Shown: positions 46,685 through 60,869, counted from the first letter of the stretch. The stretch is DNA of 64,000 nt from the human T2T-CHM13v2.0 reference genome, Homo sapiens (GCF_009914755.1 NC_060936.1); one strand, 5' to 3'. Translations and numbers: made by a program. Notes: generated by a model from the sequence alone, not told the origin.

Positions 46685-47599
46685 GTAACTATTGTAACAT
46701 GAAGGATTTCTATCTGTCTATCATGTTATCAGTAAAATAAAAAAGGGTTTTCTCAATCTAGAAAATAACACTAACAGAACCCTAGTCATAACAGTGCTAG
46801 AATTGGCCCAAATTTATCCAGAACTTCCAAAATGGCACTTGACTCCTTTTCAGTGTATCAACACAAATTAACATTATATAAAATTCGGCAAGTTTTACAG
46901 CAAAAAGAAACATAACCGAGTACACATGTACCTGGAATTGAAGTATTTCATCTCTTTTCTCTTTTCCTTCTAGAAAGAGCATGAGATTTAGTATCGGAAA
47001 CTGTTCTAATTCTGGCTTTGCCTCTTATTAATCATAATAACTAGAGGGAGTTGGTTAATTCTCTGAGCCTCTCTTTTTCCCTTTGTAATGTGGAGCTGAT
47101 AACTCTTTTTACTGTGGGGTGCTTTCAGCGTCTGCCTACTGGCAGTCTCCAGTCCTATTTGGACTCCAGACCTTTCCTTATCCATTCCTGGGCTGGGTAA
47201 TGTTGGTCCTCTGTCCTCCAGTACAGTAGTTTTCTACACCATTTGTTTTCTTATTTGTCTCCCTCAGTAGATTTTGCATCCATAGGCAAGTGCAACTCTG
47301 TCTTGTTCACATTTGCAGCATCCATTCTTGGGCATAGTTAATGCTCAATTAAATCCTTACTTAGCCCATAAGAAATCAGTCACAATAGTCATCTATCTTA
47401 GACTCACTCTATTGCTAACTTTATTCAGATTATGTAGAGGACGATGATATTCTAATTCAAAGACTCACAGTATATATATATTCCTGGAAATGACTTGCTG
47501 AATTCCTCTGAGTGACTAGGATCCGGCCCCTCCCCACAAGAATAAGGCAGGCAGAACAGGGTTGTCCTAGTGTGGTTATTATACTATTTATCATTTTTT

Positions 47600-48860
47600 T
47601 CTTCTTTGTATATTTTATGAATTGGATAATGACAGGAATATAGTCTATCAGCATTGAAATCCCAGGAGGCTAAGTACATCAGTTTTCAATGATTTTGGGC
47701 TTTAGGTACATTGTCAGAGATATGTGCTCATTCCCTTCATGTTCATTCCATCTAGCCTAATAGCATGTTTGCCCTTTAGGAATGTAATTATGTGGAGACT
47801 AATTAGTGGGCTATTGCCATCATTCAGGTGACAGAAAAGATAAAAAGGGCTCTGACAGAAGCATAAAGATAAACCTTGATGGGCAGAGTAAAGAGCCTTA
47901 GAAAATAAGAATAGGTGGGCTTAGTAGACAAAACATGGAATTGTGAAGATAAGTGAAGACCTAAGAGTGATAATCAGGTTTCTCATTTTAGCAACTGGAG
48001 TGAATGACTGTGTTAATTACAAAGATTTTTTCCCTATTTTATTTATTTCATTTATTTATTTTTAGGTGGGAGATACTGATTTCATATTTTGGATGTATTG
48101 ATTTTGAAATTTCAGTGAGCCTCTACCTTGATGTGGCTCAATCAGCTTTTGAAAGCAGATCTGGATGTCAGGAGGGAGATCATTTTTTCAAAATTGTGAG
48201 CAGTCAGCATGTACATGAGCCACATTTATGCATTATGTCATGCAGAGACTGTAGTTATCCACAGAGACTGTATTTATTCCTAGAGACAAGTACAAAATCC
48301 TGTAAAACACCAACTCCTTTTAAAGGAGTTCATGAATAAAGAGACATTTTCTTTTTCATTCTGTGTAGGAGGGTCTCAAGAAGAGACTGGTCTCCCAGGA
48401 GCCCAGGAAATACAGAGTTTCAGGAAGGAAGGTGAATTCAGTAGTCTGAAGTGTAGTAGTTGAGTGGAGTTTCACATAGGTGCACTATTTTGAGGGTTTG
48501 ATGATTGGTAGAAATTTAATAGGACATTTCAGGGGAATTCTGGGAAGAGAATCTAAACAGGATTTAGGGGTAAATGGGATTGGGGCATTGGTCATATACA
48601 CCACAGACCATTCTTAAAGAAAATCTGGCTTTGAAGGGAAGAACGATCATAAGCAATAGTTAGAGGTGGATACAAGAATGAATACAGGTTATACGGGTGT
48701 TTTCTTCTCCTATGTCTAAGAGGTACACGAACATTTTTGTGTTCTTAAGAAAAGAAAACCGTATGATAAAAGCAGCTGAAGATATTGGACAAAGAGGGGT
48801 TGATTGAAGGATTTTAATTTCTAAAGAAGCTAGAAAAAATAGAATTAAATATCTAGATGG
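47600..48860 (-). mobile_element. Decayed L2 fragments
   Basis: Purine-rich text with L2 antisense motifs such as ttttggatgtattgattttgaaat and ggctttgaagggaagaa. Confidence 0.45.
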
Positions 48861-49247
48861 TATTTCTCCCCTGGTGCACTTACCCTTCTATCAAGGGAGA
48901 TGCACCTCTTTATCTGAATTTTTTTTTTCTTTATCTGAATTTTAAAGCAAAGCCATGAAGACATTTAAGGTTGTAGAAAAGTTTCAGAAGTTAGCTAATA
49001 TGTATGAGTTTAATTAATGGGAAAGCATTATGTCAATAAAATTATTGTCATAAAGAGTATTATTCCTTTTTAAAAATTTTTTCATCCTCTTTATCAATTT
49101 TACCCATGTTTGAATAAAACTGACCATTTCCACAAATGCTTAACTACTGCAGGAAGCTTTATTCTCTCTTGTTCCTAGCAGCAGACAAGAACACTTCACA
49201 GCACAGCATATTAATTTCATGATCAGATTAACTGTTGTCCAGATTTT

Positions 49248-49250
<3 letters not shown>

Positions 49251-49296
<46 letters not shown>
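49251..49296. repeat. (AT)23 microsatellite
   Basis: Directly visible. Confidence 0.95.
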
Positions 49297-49299
<3 letters not shown>

Positions 49300-50469
49300 A
49301 AAGTGATCTTATTGTGTTTGGGAATTCTTTATTCAGATGACTTTTTAGCAACTATGAGAAATAATGAAGTTTTTAATATATGCTTTTGACACAAGTGAGC
49401 ATTCTTTAATTTTAAATATTTTACCAAGATGCTCATTAAATAATGTATTTTAAAATGCTTAACAGAATAAGTTTTTATTAGTAGTCTTCTCTTTTCTCTG
49501 ACCTCCCTTTTACCAGCCTTTCACAGACCTCAGCAGCTGCCAAGTTGAATCTGCAATTTGAGATGATAACAGCAGTATTCAGGCTCAATAGATGTGCGGA
49601 ATGTCTGTAAGATACTTAACTGATTACAAGAGAATGGGGATAGGCCAAAAAGCCCTCTGTGCGAGCTTTTTGAACTTAGTTCAATTCTCCAACACCTTGT
49701 TTTCATAGACATGCCTGTAATTGATTTCATTCGGTCATGAGGGTGGGTTCTGGCATGGCTGAGATATTACATGCAGTTACTACCTTAGAGCCTTCTAAGA
49801 AAGCCTATGGAATCTTGGGGTCTGCAGAGAAAGATGTTTTTCAGAACAGTGAACTGAAATTTGCATAGTGTTCCGAAATCCAGTCTTATTCAACTAAATC
49901 CAAATATCAAGAAAAGGGTGATGTTGATAGCCTTCAGTCTTTTTTGTTGTTGTTCTTTTTTGGCGTCTGATTAAACTGTGACTCTCTTTTTGCTATTGAG
50001 CCAGACTACCTTTTGCCTTGCAGGCAGCCAAGCACCAATATTTCCCAAGCAACACAGCTAGTGAGAGAGGCATCTCATGTTTCCATATATACATATCTCA
50101 CTGCCTTAGGCAAGCTTCATTTCCGAAGTGATGGGAAAATGTGCATGCTCCAAGAAGAAAACCAGGTGGTTAGTAATTCTAGTGGGAGAGAAAAGACAGC
50201 TAGAAAAGGGGAAAGTTCAGTGGTGGTAAAAGGCTTTTAGAAAATACCTCCTAATACTTTCTAATGCAGCACAAATGCAACGGATACCTATCCAGTATTT
50301 TCCCTCCTGAGGAATCATTTCCTTATATTTAGAATTTATTTTTATATTACCAGGTTAGCATTTTTACTGTGCTGTTAACCATTTTTATTTTTGGAATATA
50401 AAATAAAAATTTGTGGTTTTATATATAATAATACAGTCCTTTCTCTAAATTTCTGTTTTCCTCATGCAG

Positions 50470-50555
50470 AGGGCTACTTCTCCAGGAGAACAGCAGGTTT
50501 GCAGAAGCACTACATTATTATAAATTGGCCATTGGGAGCAGGCCTACCCTGGCTT
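50470..50555 (+). CDS. TMTC2: TMTC2 internal coding exon (86 nt; probably exon 5)
   Basis: ttctgttttcctcatgcag acceptor and T|gtaagt donor. Translates GLLLQENSRFAEALHYYKLAIGSRPTLA(S). Phases match both neighbouring exons. Confidence 0.93.
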
Positions 50556-51005
50556 GTAAGTAATACTCAAGTGTTTATTTTTTTATACCTCTTTCCGTAT
50601 TTGAAAATTAACTCTAATTTACAGCCTCACTGAGAAAACACTTGGTGCTCTTATTTCTGAATACTCGCTAATCAGATTATGAACCTCTAACAATTATATC
50701 TCAATTGCATCATACTTTAATGTCCATTGATCATTAAAAAATTATGATAGCTATAACTTTTACTCAACTATATTTTAAGCTTAAAATATTTGGAATTTCT
50801 TGCTGGCAGACACTATTTCATATGTTCTGCAGTGATATTTGCAGTTTCACTACCATTATTGATCCCATGAGTATTTGTGTCATAAGTATTTTTTTCTTTT
50901 TTAATGAGCACTAAACCATAGAAACCAAATTGAAACAAAGAAAACTTTATTTTATTCAAGTGTATATCATCTTCTCACACTTTTGTTTCCACTTTTCCCC
51001 CTCAG

Positions 51006-51190
51006 CTGCATATTTAAATACCGGTATTATTCTAATGAACCAAGGAAGGACGGAAGAAGCCCGACGGACATTCTTAAAGTGTTCGGAGATCCCAGATGAA
51101 AACCTAAAGGACCCTCATGCACACAAGAGCTCTGTTACCAGTTGTTTGTACAACCTAGGAAAGCTGTATCATGAGCAGGGACACTATGAG
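51006..51190 (+). CDS. TMTC2: TMTC2 internal coding exon (185 nt; probably exon 6)
   Basis: ttttcccctcag acceptor and GAG|gtctgg donor. Translates AYLNTGIILMNQGRTEEARRTFLKCSEIPDENLKDPHAHKSSVTSCLYNLGKLYHEQGHYE, which lies inside ORF 50930..51235 of the track. Confidence 0.92.
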
Positions 51191-52364
51191 GTCTGGCCAA
51201 TGCCTCTCTGTCCTTTTCCCTCCCCCTTGTTCTGATCCAGTCTCAGTGGTTTGTAACCTACAGCCTCCTTTGAGCCTATGTCCTTTGAACAACTAATATG
51301 TATACACGTTAAACTATTGTCCTTTGAGAAACTAATACATGATGACATTGGAATGGTTTTTTGATCAAATTTGTTTAGAAAAAGCTTCTGCTAAATAAAA
51401 ATTTAATAGATTTCTTTCCTGTGAGTTTCTCAGAGCAATTATGGTATGTCAATATGTATTGTGACTATTCAAGAATGGGGAAATAACATGTAATGTTTCT
51501 CGAGCTTCTTTGCTCACCATTTCTTTGGTTTGATGACCCAAGACACAGTTTCTAGAATTGTTACCCTATGCCCAGTGTTTGATATTTTAAAAAATATATT
51601 CTTTGTACTTTAAGGAAGTGATTTGATATAAATGCCACCCATTTCTCTTAATTCTTTAAAAAACTATTATGAAATAAAATGTAATTTTATTATTTCTTAA
51701 CTGAGGGAAAAGAAACAGTGGTGTAACAGGATGTTGCACAGTAAGTTAGGAGGTGACCCAGACTAGTCCTCCCTTCCTCTGACAGGAAGCCATGCCTGCA
51801 TGAGTTCCTTATTGCCCCTCTCTCCCCTTCAAACTGCTTTCCCCTGCCCTCCCACTCACGTACTCTTATGCAATGTATTAAAACTATACTATAAGGATGG
51901 AGATACAACTTTTAAAATAATTGCATTTAGTAATTTCTGTGGGTTTCAAGAGCTGGAAGATTTGTTAGCTGACATTATATTAGATCCTACCAGGTTTCCT
52001 GACTTAAAGTAATTATGCACTTTAGATGACTAATGGGTAACTTTCAAATATGTATATATATATAGTTTTTTTGGTTTTTTAGTTGAGTAATCTGCATGAA
52101 CTAGAAAATTTGTATTAAAAGAGCATTGCCAACATTCGATGCCTCGTTAAGCTATGGCATTCTTCACTGACTGGGCTGAGTGTTTTCATTGGTGGAATTG
52201 AGATAGTATGCCACAAAAGGACAGTTCAATTATTTTCCTCTAGTGAACCATTTAGAAATAGCAGTGGATGGTTTTAACTTTGGAAGAAAGTTATTATCTT
52301 ATTTTCAGTGACGATCCCTGCACTTTATTGATGATTTATCTATTTTTTTTGTTTTATAAATTAG

Positions 52365-52443
52365 GAAGCCCTTAGTGTATACAAGGAAGCAATTCAGAAA
52401 ATGCCAAGGCAGTTTGCCCCACAGAGCTTGTACAACATGATGG
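52365..52443 (+). CDS. TMTC2: TMTC2 internal coding exon (79 nt; probably exon 7)
   Basis: ttttgttttataaattag acceptor and G|gtaagt donor. Translates EALSVYKEAIQKMPRQFAPQSLYNMM(G), continuing the TPR helix in phase 0 from the previous exon. Confidence 0.92.
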
Positions 52444-55400
52444 GTAAGTAAAACATTAACACTTTTAAATTGATATTTCAGGGACCTGTGGAGAAACAGG
52501 AACCCATGTTCGTGTTTAATGGAATTCTAATAAATCATATTAATCCTCACAAAAGAAACGTTCACAATCTGGCATCATACTCAAATTCTGACAGAGCATA
52601 TTTATTCTGACATGACAAATAAATGCATTAAAGCAGCGATTCCCAACACCTTGGTCATATCCCAGAATTATTGCAAGGGACTCTCAAAAACATCTGGGTA
52701 TGGAATATTAGCTAGACTCTAGAGACTGTAGAAATAAATAAGCTATATATATGTAATTTTTCAATAATAGTAATAAAGTATACATTAATTTTAGTAAGTG
52801 TATCAAATTCATAATTTTTATTAAAATTTAATTTTAAATTCAGAGTAATATTAATAATAAAAACAAGATTATGCAGACAATAGATATGCTACAACAATTA
52901 TTCTATGTTTTATGTTGAAAAATTGCCTAATTCTTATTAATCAGAAAGTATGTAAGTCTAGGCCATGGATTTTTCTGATTATAAGAGGTCAAGAATGAGA
53001 AATTATAATAAAATATCTATCATCTGTGATTGATCCTTGTCTGCCTTGTAGTAAATTGTTACTACAGCTGTTTGATGATGATTACCCCTGCAAACCACAT
53101 ATTCAGCATATGACACTTGGAAAAAAATCCCTAAAGTAAGGTGGCCTAATGACTAATTAATATTGCTGCTTGGAGATAATAAAGAGAAGAGAAGCATTTT
53201 GTCCTCAAATCAAATATTTCTTTTTTTCCAAAGCATAAATTGTAAAGTCAAATTTTCCCTTTTCATTAAACCTGCTTAAGTTGTTTAATATTTCTAGTCC
53301 TCTCTCATGCATATAAAATAAATGAGATTAGACTATATAATCTCCAGGATTATTGTACACTTCTACATTCTATATTTGAGGAATTTAATAGTAGCTATAT
53401 GTCTTGAGCACAGAAAAAAATCCCAAACCTCTCCCAAACTACAAAATACACACCTGGTAAGAACACTCACGTTCTCTTTTTTACAAAGGACAGAACATTT
53501 AGAAATAGTTTAGAGATTGGCTGGAGTACTAGACAGTAAACAGAAAAATAAAATTATTTGGAAGAGGTTAAAATATTTATTCCATGTCTCTGGGAATCTC
53601 ACCCTCAATTTGCCTGTGGAGTGATTGAATATCATATTAAACAGCACACTGGAGTGTTTTTTAATTGTCACTTTTTTCCTCTTTGGTATAATTACTAAAA
53701 GGTAAAATTTAGCTTCATTAAATATATTCTTGCCATTAAATTTTTATAAATTAAAACAATGCCTTTTATTATTCAGCATTTCACCATCAATCTGTCTATA
53801 TGAATAAAATATACATGTCCATAAAGCATGCGCTTAGGATATGTAGATTTATGAGTTGAATTAACTTTTTTATTTTAATGGTAGATGTTTTTGTGTCAAA
53901 ATAAATGCTGAAAGAGTTGCTTTCTCTAGCTTTGGTTTAACTTATTATTTTATTCTTAATTCTAGTGCTTCCAAGGCCTTATTCCCAGTTTTCCTCACTT
54001 ATCAAATAAGACATTTTTCTTCAAATTAGGATAGGTGTCTAAGATTCTTGGCAACAGACTGCATGTAGTATTTTGTTGTTGTTGTTAATGGAAAGTGGTG
54101 ATGATGTTCACTAGAGTTAGCTATTTCAGAAATTCATTCAATTATTTTATGTGAATAAATTTGAAAATTCAGCCAGTACCTTGGGATCTGTCTCTCATAT
54201 GGTTACACAGATGCTCAGCTCACACAGGCAGCAAAAGATAAGTGTGTCCCTGGGGGTTATTGCTTAATCTTTTGTCTCATTTTCCATTAGAGAAGGAGAT
54301 GGTTGCTTTGTCCAGACTCTGAAAAGCACCCTAACAATTTTTAAAGGGAGGGTCTTAATATTTAACATTCCAGATTTTTTCTACGATTATGGTGGCTGCC
54401 TTCTATTTAATTTTATGTGAAGGTCTGCTAGCCAATCAAGTTTTATAGTTTCAGTTATTCGGGAAACTATAATTTTCTCAGAGAGTGAATTCACCTCCTA
54501 ATCAAAATGGGTTAAATACCCCAAGTGTTGGCTCTAGCTCCTAATACATTTTGATTAGCCTCCATTTGACAAGAAAAAAAATGACCCAGGAGATAAGCTG
54601 CCCTATCAGTTCATCAGTTTCATTAGTCTGTCAGCGTGTGCTGATTATCCTATCAAGTTTATCAACAGCCTTGAATGTGTTTTCTAATTCACACATTTAC
54701 ATATTATTAGTGCCCTTTAGGGATCAGTGAAGGATTATAATGTCTGGCTAGATTTAGCCTGTAAGTGTTCATTTTTCTCATGTGTCATTTACCCCTTCAC
54801 AACCACTACCCCCAAGCACTTGTGTATAGATATACAAGCATTATATTTTTTCCCATTCTATTTTTTTCTTTTGTTTAGAGGTTAGGAGAAATAAAGGAGT
54901 GTGCGTGAAAAAATACAATTATATTTTAATGTGATTATTAGTGTAGTACTAAATTCACTGCAGTTGCTTTTGTTAAAAAACACTCTAGTCCTTTGATTTT
55001 AATCTCCCCTTGAACATTTTATGAAAAACATGCTATATACCTTATGCCACATGCCAATCGACTTATCCTGAATGCCAAGTGAATGTGTTTTTCCTGTTTC
55101 TGTATTAATAGAAAATAACAAGTTTGATTAATTCCCCAACTTAAATTTTCCATATTTTAAAACTATTCATTTATTTTATTATGGCAGCTTATAAGTAGTT
55201 TTTTTAAATGTTTAAAAGCCTATTCTCATTTATCCTCTTCAATTTCATAGGACCAAGATGTTTGAGTAACAATAATTGAGGACACCTTCCCATCCTGAAT
55301 TAGGTGAATTACAAACATACATAAAAAACATAAAACAGATAATAAATAGTATTTTATAAACAAAAGCTAAAATTTTACTTAGGTGCATATAATTAGGAAG

Positions 55401-55788
55401 ATATGAGAATACATGAAATATTAAGAGAACAAATCACAAAATATGTGTTAAATTGCTCCTAGCCAGTTGTGTGTCTTAATTCTGTGGACCTCATTTCCAC
55501 TTGAGAAAACAGGTTAGATTAAATTGAGATTCACCATAAGGTAGTCCCTGAAGTCAGATACCCTCGGTTCAAATTATGGCTTTGATACTTTCTCCCTGAG
55601 CATCCTTGGGCAAATTACTTAAAAGAAGCCTCAGTTTCCCTTTTATAAGATTTTGGTAATAGTAGTATCAGTGTGAGGATTGATTAAAGTGATAAAAAAG
55701 GTAAAACATATTGGTCCAACTACTTAACCTAGTAAGTGTTTTATAACGGGACTTTCCATTGTAATTATCATCATTTCCTTAGGCTTTT

Positions 55789-56079
<291 letters not shown>

Positions 56080-59000
56080 TCCTTAGGCTTTTAAACTCCA
56101 AAAGTTGATTGTATTCTCTGTCACTGTTTTTGTATTTAGCAATGTGGATATGACTACTTCATAGACAAGATTTTTGTCATCATTATGGCCTTGGTAGTCA
56201 CCACAGTTCAGTGGAGATTCTGTTTAGTTCTATCCTATTTGGAATTACTGTATTTTCTCTCCAGGCTCACTTCCCTTTTTCTCTCAGTAACTGCAGTCAA
56301 AATCCTTCTCTTACCATTAGCTATATTAACCTAACTTGGTTTCATTAATAGAGTGCTTCCTCCAAATTAAGATTGTCCTATGTAGGTTAGAGTTTTTTTC
56401 TTTTTCTGTCATGATTTATTTTTCATCTAGACCTAACCAAAATTATTCTGTATTCTATTGCTCAGAGGCATTTATTGGATCTCAGTTTCTCTTCTTCTGA
56501 AGTTACAGATGTATTTTAGAATCATAGAATGTTAAAGATGGAAGACTCATATCTTAAAAACCCTTATAAAATAATCTCTTTAATAAGATAAAAATTAGCA
56601 CTCCCCCAAATCTTACAAAGTTCAGATTTACAGTTTGTATTAGAACCAGGAGTATAGTTTCTTGACTTGAATCCAAATGCTTTTTCTGCTTAGTCCTTCT
56701 GTGTTACCTAAACTATCATATTTTTTACTATGTCAAAATAGTTTTCCTTTGCACTTAAAAATTAGCAAAAATTAAATATATAAAAACCTCTACAGTTTTA
56801 CTATAAAGAATGAAACAGCTGCAAAGTACATTCAATATACTGGATACTTAAAATTTTTTTAATGCAGGATGATTTCTGAACACTCTGAGTTTCTCTTTTC
56901 TTTTTTTATAATTGTTTCTTACTCCTATTATCTCTACTTAAGCATTGCTTTTGAATAATCCTAAGGGATTATAGGAAACTAAATTAGGCTGCAGTGTCCA
57001 ATTATTTTTATCTGTTTGAGCTCTTCCAATCCCAGAGGTCGTTTTACGCCTATTTACTATTTAAAATAAAATGACTTGGCTTTCTCAATGCAGAGTAATT
57101 GTTGGGTTTAATTATACAAGCAATTTACATCATTTCATCATGGTAATATATCTCGAGAACAAAAGGGCATAATGTATTATACGGAGTAAGAGAGAGCCTA
57201 GGGTAACTGTCTTGTCATTTCAGTCTATAATAACTGTTTAGAATAACCTCTGTATGCAAAAAAAAAAAAAAATTAAGTCATAAGTGCTGGGACAGCACAG
57301 AGGCAGCAGACATATGAAATGTAAATAGTTAATCTAGTTCCTTCTCTCAAAGAACTTTCTGGGAGATTTCACAGTTGGTCCAGAGCTCTTTAGGGCCTCT
57401 CTGTAATAATTAAATGCCTATAAATAAAATGGAATACTATTACTCTAACCTTGAAAATATTTTGTCTGTAGCTATATAGGCTATGCTATGCTGACTAGAC
57501 CAAAGAAAACAAACAAGAGAAACTCAACCTTTTTAATTTCTTATGTGATACTTAAGAAATACATATTCATAATTTCCTGTTCTCTGAAAAGTGTGTTTAT
57601 GATGAGCAATATGCATTTATCTTAGGGAGAGATTCTTTTTTCCAGGAGAAATGTGTGATAATGGCCCATTGCTTTTTATTATCTTATTTGCCTTTATTTT
57701 CATCATACTGTTCTGATTCTCTTATGATAATCTCTTGTTTTATATATCCCTTTTAGTTTTCAGTCCCAGCTCAATATTGGAAAATGTATTTTCCTCCATC
57801 ATCCTTCATCTAATAAACCTTTTACTTACACAGATTTGAAATTGAAAAAATGTTTTTTCCCATATCTTCAATAAAGAGGAACATTTTGATTTAATTTGTA
57901 ATTCTTTACAGTAGCTCTTTAATTATGAGATATTTTCCCAAGTTTATTGGGCTGTTCACAGAGAACGAGGGAGAAAAACAATGAATAGGAAACAAAAATG
58001 AATTTATTAGAGCAATTTTTTGTATAAAAAGCTTGTGTGAATTTTAGAATTGTATTTTTGAGAAAGAAACTTGTGGTATGGAAGAGTTAAGTGTCATAAA
58101 TAGCTACAAGTGATGTTTAGTTTTTTAAACTATTATTTAGGTGAGAAGAACTGACAAATCACCTTCTGAAAACAATGCAAATGTTCTCGCTCGTAAATTC
58201 AAATTCTACTTTAGGTCTGTACATTATGTTGTGAGTTCAGTCAGCAGAAGGAGCATAAAGGAAGTCTGTTTCTTTCTCAGCCTTCTGTGTGGCTTGTGTT
58301 TAACTGAATCATTTATTTTTGTTGGATTCTTCTGTGTGTGTATGTGCATGTGTGTTTACCTCACCTTGTTTCGGAATATATTTAAAGTGGGGATATTCAG
58401 AGTAAATTTTTGACATGATGGTTTATATGCTTAATGTTTTCTCCTGTGTTTAGTTGTTCTTAAGTGGATTGCTCAAGGCATTTAGCATGCTGACTGTGAA
58501 AGAGATGGTTTTTAACTGTATGAGATTTGAACTTTCACATCTTTCAAGTGTGGAAGCATTAACACTCCAGTAGCGTTAAGCTTTTTATACCACCTGCTTC
58601 CCCTATTTTGAGTTCTGGCGATTTTCCTATGATTGCTTCCATTGGCACTCTTGAAAATCAATGAGGCAATCCTACGAATATGAATATGACCATATAACTA
58701 GATTAGTCATTAATCTATGAAATCCAAAAAGAATATGAACCTCTAATTTTTAAGATAAGTCTCTTTATTTCATTTCGTTTTTCCATTATCAGAAAGGATA
58801 CAACCAGGAGACCAATGCCTGGTATATAGAGTTCGCCAGTCCAGAAAGGCAAAATATAGACTTGAGAAATTTTAGAAGTATACTTTGAAGATTATGTAGT
58901 CAATAAGATAAGGAAATCATGAATGTTTGGCTATGTATCAAAAATAATGAATATATGAAATTTATGAGCAAAAAACTATAATTTTTTCTCCTAAAAGTTT

Positions 59001-59534
59001 CTCTTAAAAAAGTGCAGTTTTTAAAATATATTTTTCTACATTTTACACCGTATATAAACTCTACATTATGTACTATGGTTACAGACGCTAATTTGCTAGG
59101 CATTAGTCTATACACTACAAAGGCTAGCATCCAGTTCAGCTGCATTAAGTAGGTAATATATTTTGTTTAAAGTTTCAATTAAACCCAGGGCCAGAAGATA
59201 TATAGCCCCTACGGGGAGTCTGAACACTTTAATGCCTATAGTAGGATTGCCTAAGGATCATGTGTAGGTCTAAATGTCACTTGCTTTCCTGGAAATAGGA
59301 TATGAGACAGTTGATTATATTTCATTGCTATTAAAACCACAAGAGCCCACCTGTTACATTAATTCATCCTCCTGCCAGATTTGTGGTAAAGAAAAAGATC
59401 AAAGCTTAAAAACTTTATATTTAAATTGAATTATAAGGGTACAAATATACTCAAATTAATACCTAATTATATCTTCCTTATTCTCTGATTCCCAAATAGT
59501 TTCAATGTGTTCTGTTCAAAAAAATCTGTTTTAA

Positions 59535-59652
59535 GGCTGGGCACAGTGGCTCATGCCTGTAATCCCAGCACCATGGGAGGCTGAGGTGAGAGGATTGCTT
59601 GAGCCCAGGAGTTCGAGACCAGCCTGGTCAACATGGAGAGACTCCATCTCTA
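59535..59652 (+). mobile_element. Alu left monomer (FLAM_C-like)
   Basis: ggctgggcacagtggctc ... gcttgagcccaggagttcgagaccagcc. No right arm. Confidence 0.82.
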
Positions 59653-60007
59653 CATACCCACGCCCGTGGACACACACAACTGTTTTCTGAGACTTTAATA
59701 TAAATAAATGAAAAAAAAGTATGTATTGTAATCTTTAATTGGGACAATACATGTGGAGTAAAACTTTTACTCAGTAGCAAATACAGGTTGGATTTTATTT
59801 AGAAAATTGTGATTTTATGTTACACCTGGAAAATTCATTAATTGGATTTAAAAATCTTAACATTCTAAATGATGCTGACAATGACATCAGTTAGATGAAA
59901 TAGACATAGTCATGTGGAAGAAGATAATTTTGTGTGAAGGATACAATCTTGAAAATCAGTGTCAAGGAAATGAGAAGATATTCTTACACATATTTAGAAT
60001 AGGCAAC

Positions 60008-60648
60008 TGTAGGGGTAGAAAGATGTGATACCTATCCTCAGTCATCATAAGGGTCATGGCCAAGACTCCTATAACAAGACAGGTTAACTTGACAAAAGCA
60101 TAATGAATTTATTTAATGAAAGTTTTACCTGACAGAGGAGGCTTTGGAAATGAAGGTGAAAGACCTAGAGAAAATCATCTATTTCATGCATAGGTTTGAT
60201 GAAGCATGGACAGCCTTGTAGAAATGTGATTGGACAAAAGGGTACGATCTAGTGTAATCCACTGAGTGGCGAACCCCAGCAAGACCTGTCTGTTCAGATT
60301 CTTTTCGGCCTCTCTTTGTAGCATTCCTTCCCTCAAGGTATGGTGCAGCACCCCTTTGGAAAGAGGATCTTCAAGGGAGACGGGAGAGAGAGAGAGTGAC
60401 CTTTCTAGATTTTATGCCCTGCTGTGGGAGAGAAGAGTTCTAATTTCTGTGATTCACTTAGGGAAGAGTATCTATCTATGACTTGTTTCAGGGAAGACAG
60501 AGAGGTGGGAGACAGGAGAACAGGAGGAGTTCAGAAAGGCTTTGTTTCCATGATACTAGAAGGCTTTGTCGGCCTAATATCTTTTAGTTCAAAGCATTTA
60601 GCATGCCAAAGTGCCATATTTTGGGGTATTGTGTTCAGAGCCTTAACG
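60008..60648. mobile_element. ERV solo LTR (MER34/MER39-like)
   Basis: Starts tgtagggg. The text atcataagggtcatggcc ... cctataacaagacaggttaac ... agcatgccaaagtgccatattttggggta resembles this family from recall. Confidence 0.6.
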
Positions 60649-60836
60649 CATGAAATATAAATTAAGTTGAAAATTCAGTGCATTACTAATTGTATGTATT
60701 TTGCTGTGTACTCAAGTCTGATTTTCCCAGTAAGTAAGGGAAAATTGTTTTCTACATAAAAATCTCATTTAACTCTTCCAATGAGCTGTCATTTAGTTTT
60801 AATTTTATCTACACTGATAGAAGCCATCACCATATT

Positions 60837-60869
60837 CACTTGATCTTAGCCAAAAGGCTGAGAAGCAAT
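60837..60869 (-). pseudogene. U2 snRNA 5' fragment (nt 1-33) retropseudogene
   Basis: Reverse complement ATTGCTTCTCAGCCTTTTGGCTAAGATCAAGTG versus U2 ATCGCTTCTCGGCCTTTTGGCTAAGATCAAGTG is 31/33 identical, with both changes at CpGs. Confidence 0.92.
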
